Shown here piece by piece: positions 61,505-64,000 of a stretch of DNA of 64,000 nucleotides. A program made the position numbers and the translations under genes. Position 1 is the first letter of the stretch. Every line of letters starts with the position of its first letter. The notes beneath the pieces were generated by a model. The model saw nothing but the letters and a program-made list of their open reading frames with translations. It searched no databases and had not been told where the DNA came from. Origin of the DNA: Spirochaetia bacterium (GTDB taxonomy: Bacteria > Spirochaetota > Spirochaetia > SP-2023); contig OZ253665.1 in the NCBI GenBank assembly GCA_965263295.1, positions 1,216,001-1,280,000 on the forward strand. Direction: 5' to 3'.

Positions 61505-62401
61505 CTAGAACACGTTTTTCAGTTTGGGATCAAGGGCATCGCGCAGGGCATCGCCAAAGACATTTAAAGAGGCGAGAAAGAGGAACATGAAGAGGCTGGG
61601 GGCGATCATATTCTGCCAGTGTCCGGCCATGATTTCCATCTTGGAGAGATCGATCATGTGTCCCCAGGACGGGACGCCGATGATCGAAAGTCCCACATAG
61701 GCCAAGACGACTTCCGCCTTGATGACACCGACGAAATTCAAGACAAAGCGGACGATGACAAAGTGACTCACGTTGGGGACAATGTGCCGAAAAATAATCC
61801 GGGCATCGCCGGCTCCCAGATTCCTGGCGGCCAGAACATATTCATATTCCCGCGCCTGGATAAAGGCTCCTCGTATTACGCGTGCCAGTCCGACCCAACC
61901 GGTGGCGCCAAAGGCGAAGGCTATGACGACAAAGCTGGAACCCAGAACCTGCGTCAGGCTCAGGATTATGAGTAGGCTGGGTATGGAGTAAATTACGGTC
62001 ATGACGTAGGTAATGATGTCGTCTATCCAGCTGCCGTAGTAACCGGCCAAAGCTCCCAGGACAATGGCCATGGGAATCATGATCAGGCCGGTCGAGAATC
62101 CCAAAAAGAGAGCTATGCGCGAACCGATCAATGTCCTCGCCAGTATGTCGCGGCCAAAGCTGTCCGTTCCCATCGGGTGGGCCCAGTCGCTGAATGGCTG
62201 AACAAAGCGGTTATCGAGATTAAAGTCATAGGCCTTGTCTTGAAGCCCCGCCAAGTTGGAGAAACTTAAAAGCGCCATGAGTATATATAGCAAGACAATA
62301 GCCAGACAAACCATGGCCCAGCCGTTTCTTTGCAGACGCATCAGCGAGAGCTGCATCGGGGTCTTGCCCGCGTATCGGTTTACTGTTGCCACATTCGCCA
62401 C
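61505..62401 (-). CDS. oppC: Oligopeptide ABC transporter permease
   Basis: HPMGTDSFGRD, ARVIRG...EYVLAAR.LG and GDALRDALDP motifs. Confidence 0.93.
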   Translation of the reverse strand: MANVATVNRYAGKTPMQLSLMRLQRNGWAMVCLAIVLLYILMALLSFSNLAGLQDKAYDFNLDNRFVQPFSDWAHPMGTDSFGRDILARTLIGSRIALFLGFSTGLIMIPMAIVLGALAGYYGSWIDDIITYVMTVIYSIPSLLIILSLTQVLGSSFVVIAFAFGATGWVGLARVIRGAFIQAREYEYVLAARNLGAGDARIIFRHIVPNVSHFVIVRFVLNFVGVIKAEVVLAYVGLSIIGVPSWGHMIDLSKMEIMAGHWQNMIAPSLFMFLFLASLNVFGDALRDALDPKLKNVF

Positions 62402-63343
62402 CTAATTCAGCTTGATGCGTGGATCCACCACGGCGTAGAGTATGTCCGTCACGAGGGAGAAAAGCATGAAAAAAATAGTATAAATCAAAATCATCGCCTT
62501 CAGCACCGGCAGGTCGTAGCTGGCGATGGCCTGCATGGTGAGATCGCCGATGCCGGGTATGCTGAAGAAGCGCTCTAAAAGGAGAGACCCGGTCAACAGG
62601 AAAGGGATCTGCACCACCACCGCCGTCAGTATCGGGATCAGGGCATTCCTGAGCACATGCCGGAACATTATCTGCCGGTTGTTGACCCCCTTGGCCCGGG
62701 CCGTGCGGACGTAGTCCTTGTGTACTTCCTCCAGCAGAGCCGTTCTGAAAAAACGGATATCGGGGCCAATCGACACGACCACCCATAGTATCCAGGGCAG
62801 GATTAAAAACCGAATGGCCCCCAGTCCCTTTTCCCAGCCGGAAATGGGAAAGAGGCCCCACTGATAGGCCAGCAGATTCTGGCCTAGAATGATGAGGACC
62901 AGCATGGAAGTCGACATGCCCAGCACGGAAAGGACGGTGAAAAACCTGTCCAGAAAGCGTCCGCGGTAGAAGGCGCACAGGCAGGACAGCCCCAGGGATA
63001 TCACTATCTCAAAAAAGAATGCGGGAAAGGTCAGGGCCGCCGAATAGGGCACATGGCGTTTTATCAGAGTGGAGATTGGCAGTTTTCTTGATTCAGATTT
63101 GCCGAAATCAAGGGTCATCATCCGTTTGACCATATCCATATATTGAATGAACAAAGGCTTGTCCAAGCCGTATTTATGGCGGTAAAAATCAATCTTGTCG
63201 GCGGAGCGGGCCTTCTTGGGCAACATGTTGTAGAGGTATTTTTCATTCCCTCCGACTACATTAAAGATCAGAAAGAAGATGAGTGCCACACCCAAAAGGG
63301 TCGGAATCAGGTAGAGCACCCTGCGGATGACGTAATTCAACAT
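62402..63343 (-). CDS. oppB: Oligopeptide ABC transporter permease
   Basis: YGLDKPLFIQY, DYVRTARAKG, HVLRNAL and DILYAVVDPRI motifs. Confidence 0.95.
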   Translation of the reverse strand: MLNYVIRRVLYLIPTLLGVALIFFLIFNVVGGNEKYLYNMLPKKARSADKIDFYRHKYGLDKPLFIQYMDMVKRMMTLDFGKSESRKLPISTLIKRHVPYSAALTFPAFFFEIVISLGLSCLCAFYRGRFLDRFFTVLSVLGMSTSMLVLIILGQNLLAYQWGLFPISGWEKGLGAIRFLILPWILWVVVSIGPDIRFFRTALLEEVHKDYVRTARAKGVNNRQIMFRHVLRNALIPILTAVVVQIPFLLTGSLLLERFFSIPGIGDLTMQAIASYDLPVLKAMILIYTIFFMLFSLVTDILYAVVDPRIKLN

Positions 63344-63385
63344 GGCCAGTTTCTCCCAATATCAGTAACTTGCCGCTTGGCGGTT

Positions 63386-63431
63386 TGACACCCCTGTTTT
63401 CGAGTTGGGGGACCCCAAAAACAGCGGCGTC
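63386..63431 (-). other. Intercistronic stem-loop between oppA and oppB
   Basis: Minus strand GACGCC-G-CTGTTTTTGGGGT...ACTCGAAAACAG-G-GGTGTC pairs through G-U wobbles only on the mRNA strand. Confidence 0.65.
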
Positions 63432-63441
63432 CTCTGAATGC

Positions 63442-64000
63442 CTACGAGCCCGTCTTTTGTTTTCTTTGGGCACTGTCTATGTCCATAAATTTCGCGTATC
63501 CCAATCCGATCTCCCGGTGGCAACGGGTTTTTACCCAAGGGTGCACCAAGGCGTAAGAGAGGCGATGGACCCCCATTATCAACGGCACATCCTCGGCGGC
63601 CAGCTGTGCGGCGCGGGCGTACAACGCATCCCGCGCGGGGCCCTGCTGCATGCTGGCGGCCTCCTCGTAGAGGGCGTCGAATTCGGGGTTGGCGTAGTTG
63701 CTATTATTCGGGCCGGGGGCCGCATTCTGGCTATAATGCATCTGGATGAAGTTCTGGGCGTCCGGATAATCGGCGCCCCACCCCATGCCGCCGATTTCGA
63801 TATTGTGGCTGTCAATGGTTTCCAAGAAGGTCGGCCAGTCACCGGGGACGGCTTCCACTTTAATCCCAATGGCGGCCATGTTCTCGATGAAAAACTCCAC
63901 CATCTGCTTGTCGGTGCTGGAATTGTTGTACATCTGGTATTTCAGCACGGGCAGCCCCTCCCCGTCGGGGAAGCCGGCCTCCGCCAGCAGCTCCGCGGCC
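63442..64000 (-). CDS. oppA: Oligopeptide ABC transporter substrate-binding protein, 5'-truncated by window edge
   Basis: IGIKV, GWGADYPDAQNF, NYANPEFDALY and AEDVPLI motifs (SBP family 5). Confidence 0.92.
   Translation of the reverse strand, partial: AAELLAEAGFPDGEGLPVLKYQMYNNSSTDKQMVEFFIENMAAIGIKVEAVPGDWPTFLETIDSHNIEIGGMGWGADYPDAQNFIQMHYSQNAAPGPNNSNYANPEFDALYEEAASMQQGPARDALYARAAQLAAEDVPLIMGVHRLSYALVHPWVKTRCHREIGLGYAKFMDIDSAQRKQKTGS

Overview
Bacterial chromosomal segment with spirochete-like gene content (DUF5312-like, SurA-like, vWA, PEGA and OmpA proteins; short ThrRS; groEL without adjacent groES). Housekeeping genes: PFOR (3' part), prfB with its programmed +1 frameshift, recC, ilvE, thrS, cdaA-cdaR, cysS, groEL, nrdR, recD, ansA, tag, a Lys/Arg/Orn decarboxylase, glnS, ung, an opp-type ABC operon and three tRNAs (Gly-CCC, Gln-CUG, Glu-CUC). 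Two patchwork accessory islets interrupt this backbone. The first (~4.45-10.9 kb) holds an IS1595/IS1016-group remnant with EamA and PPTase passengers, an AT-rich ABC exporter, IS5 and IS481 remnants, sppA and a probable Mu gp27-like pseudogene. The second (~27.8-30.5 kb) holds a GNAT gene and pspBC resembling Vibrionaceae genes, a ~260-bp IS1016-derived MITE and phzF. The most interesting signals missing from the ORF track are: (i) one shared IS1016-group terminal repeat linking both islets, apparently forming a passenger-gene cassette and a MITE; (ii) repeated leaderless promoter architecture, including a prfB promoter whose -35 box is the last unit of a 10-bp x5 tandem array; (iii) recurrent 10-15-bp tandem duplications. 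I found no CRISPR array, intact prophage or complete defence system. All family calls come from recognising motifs by eye, not from database searches.
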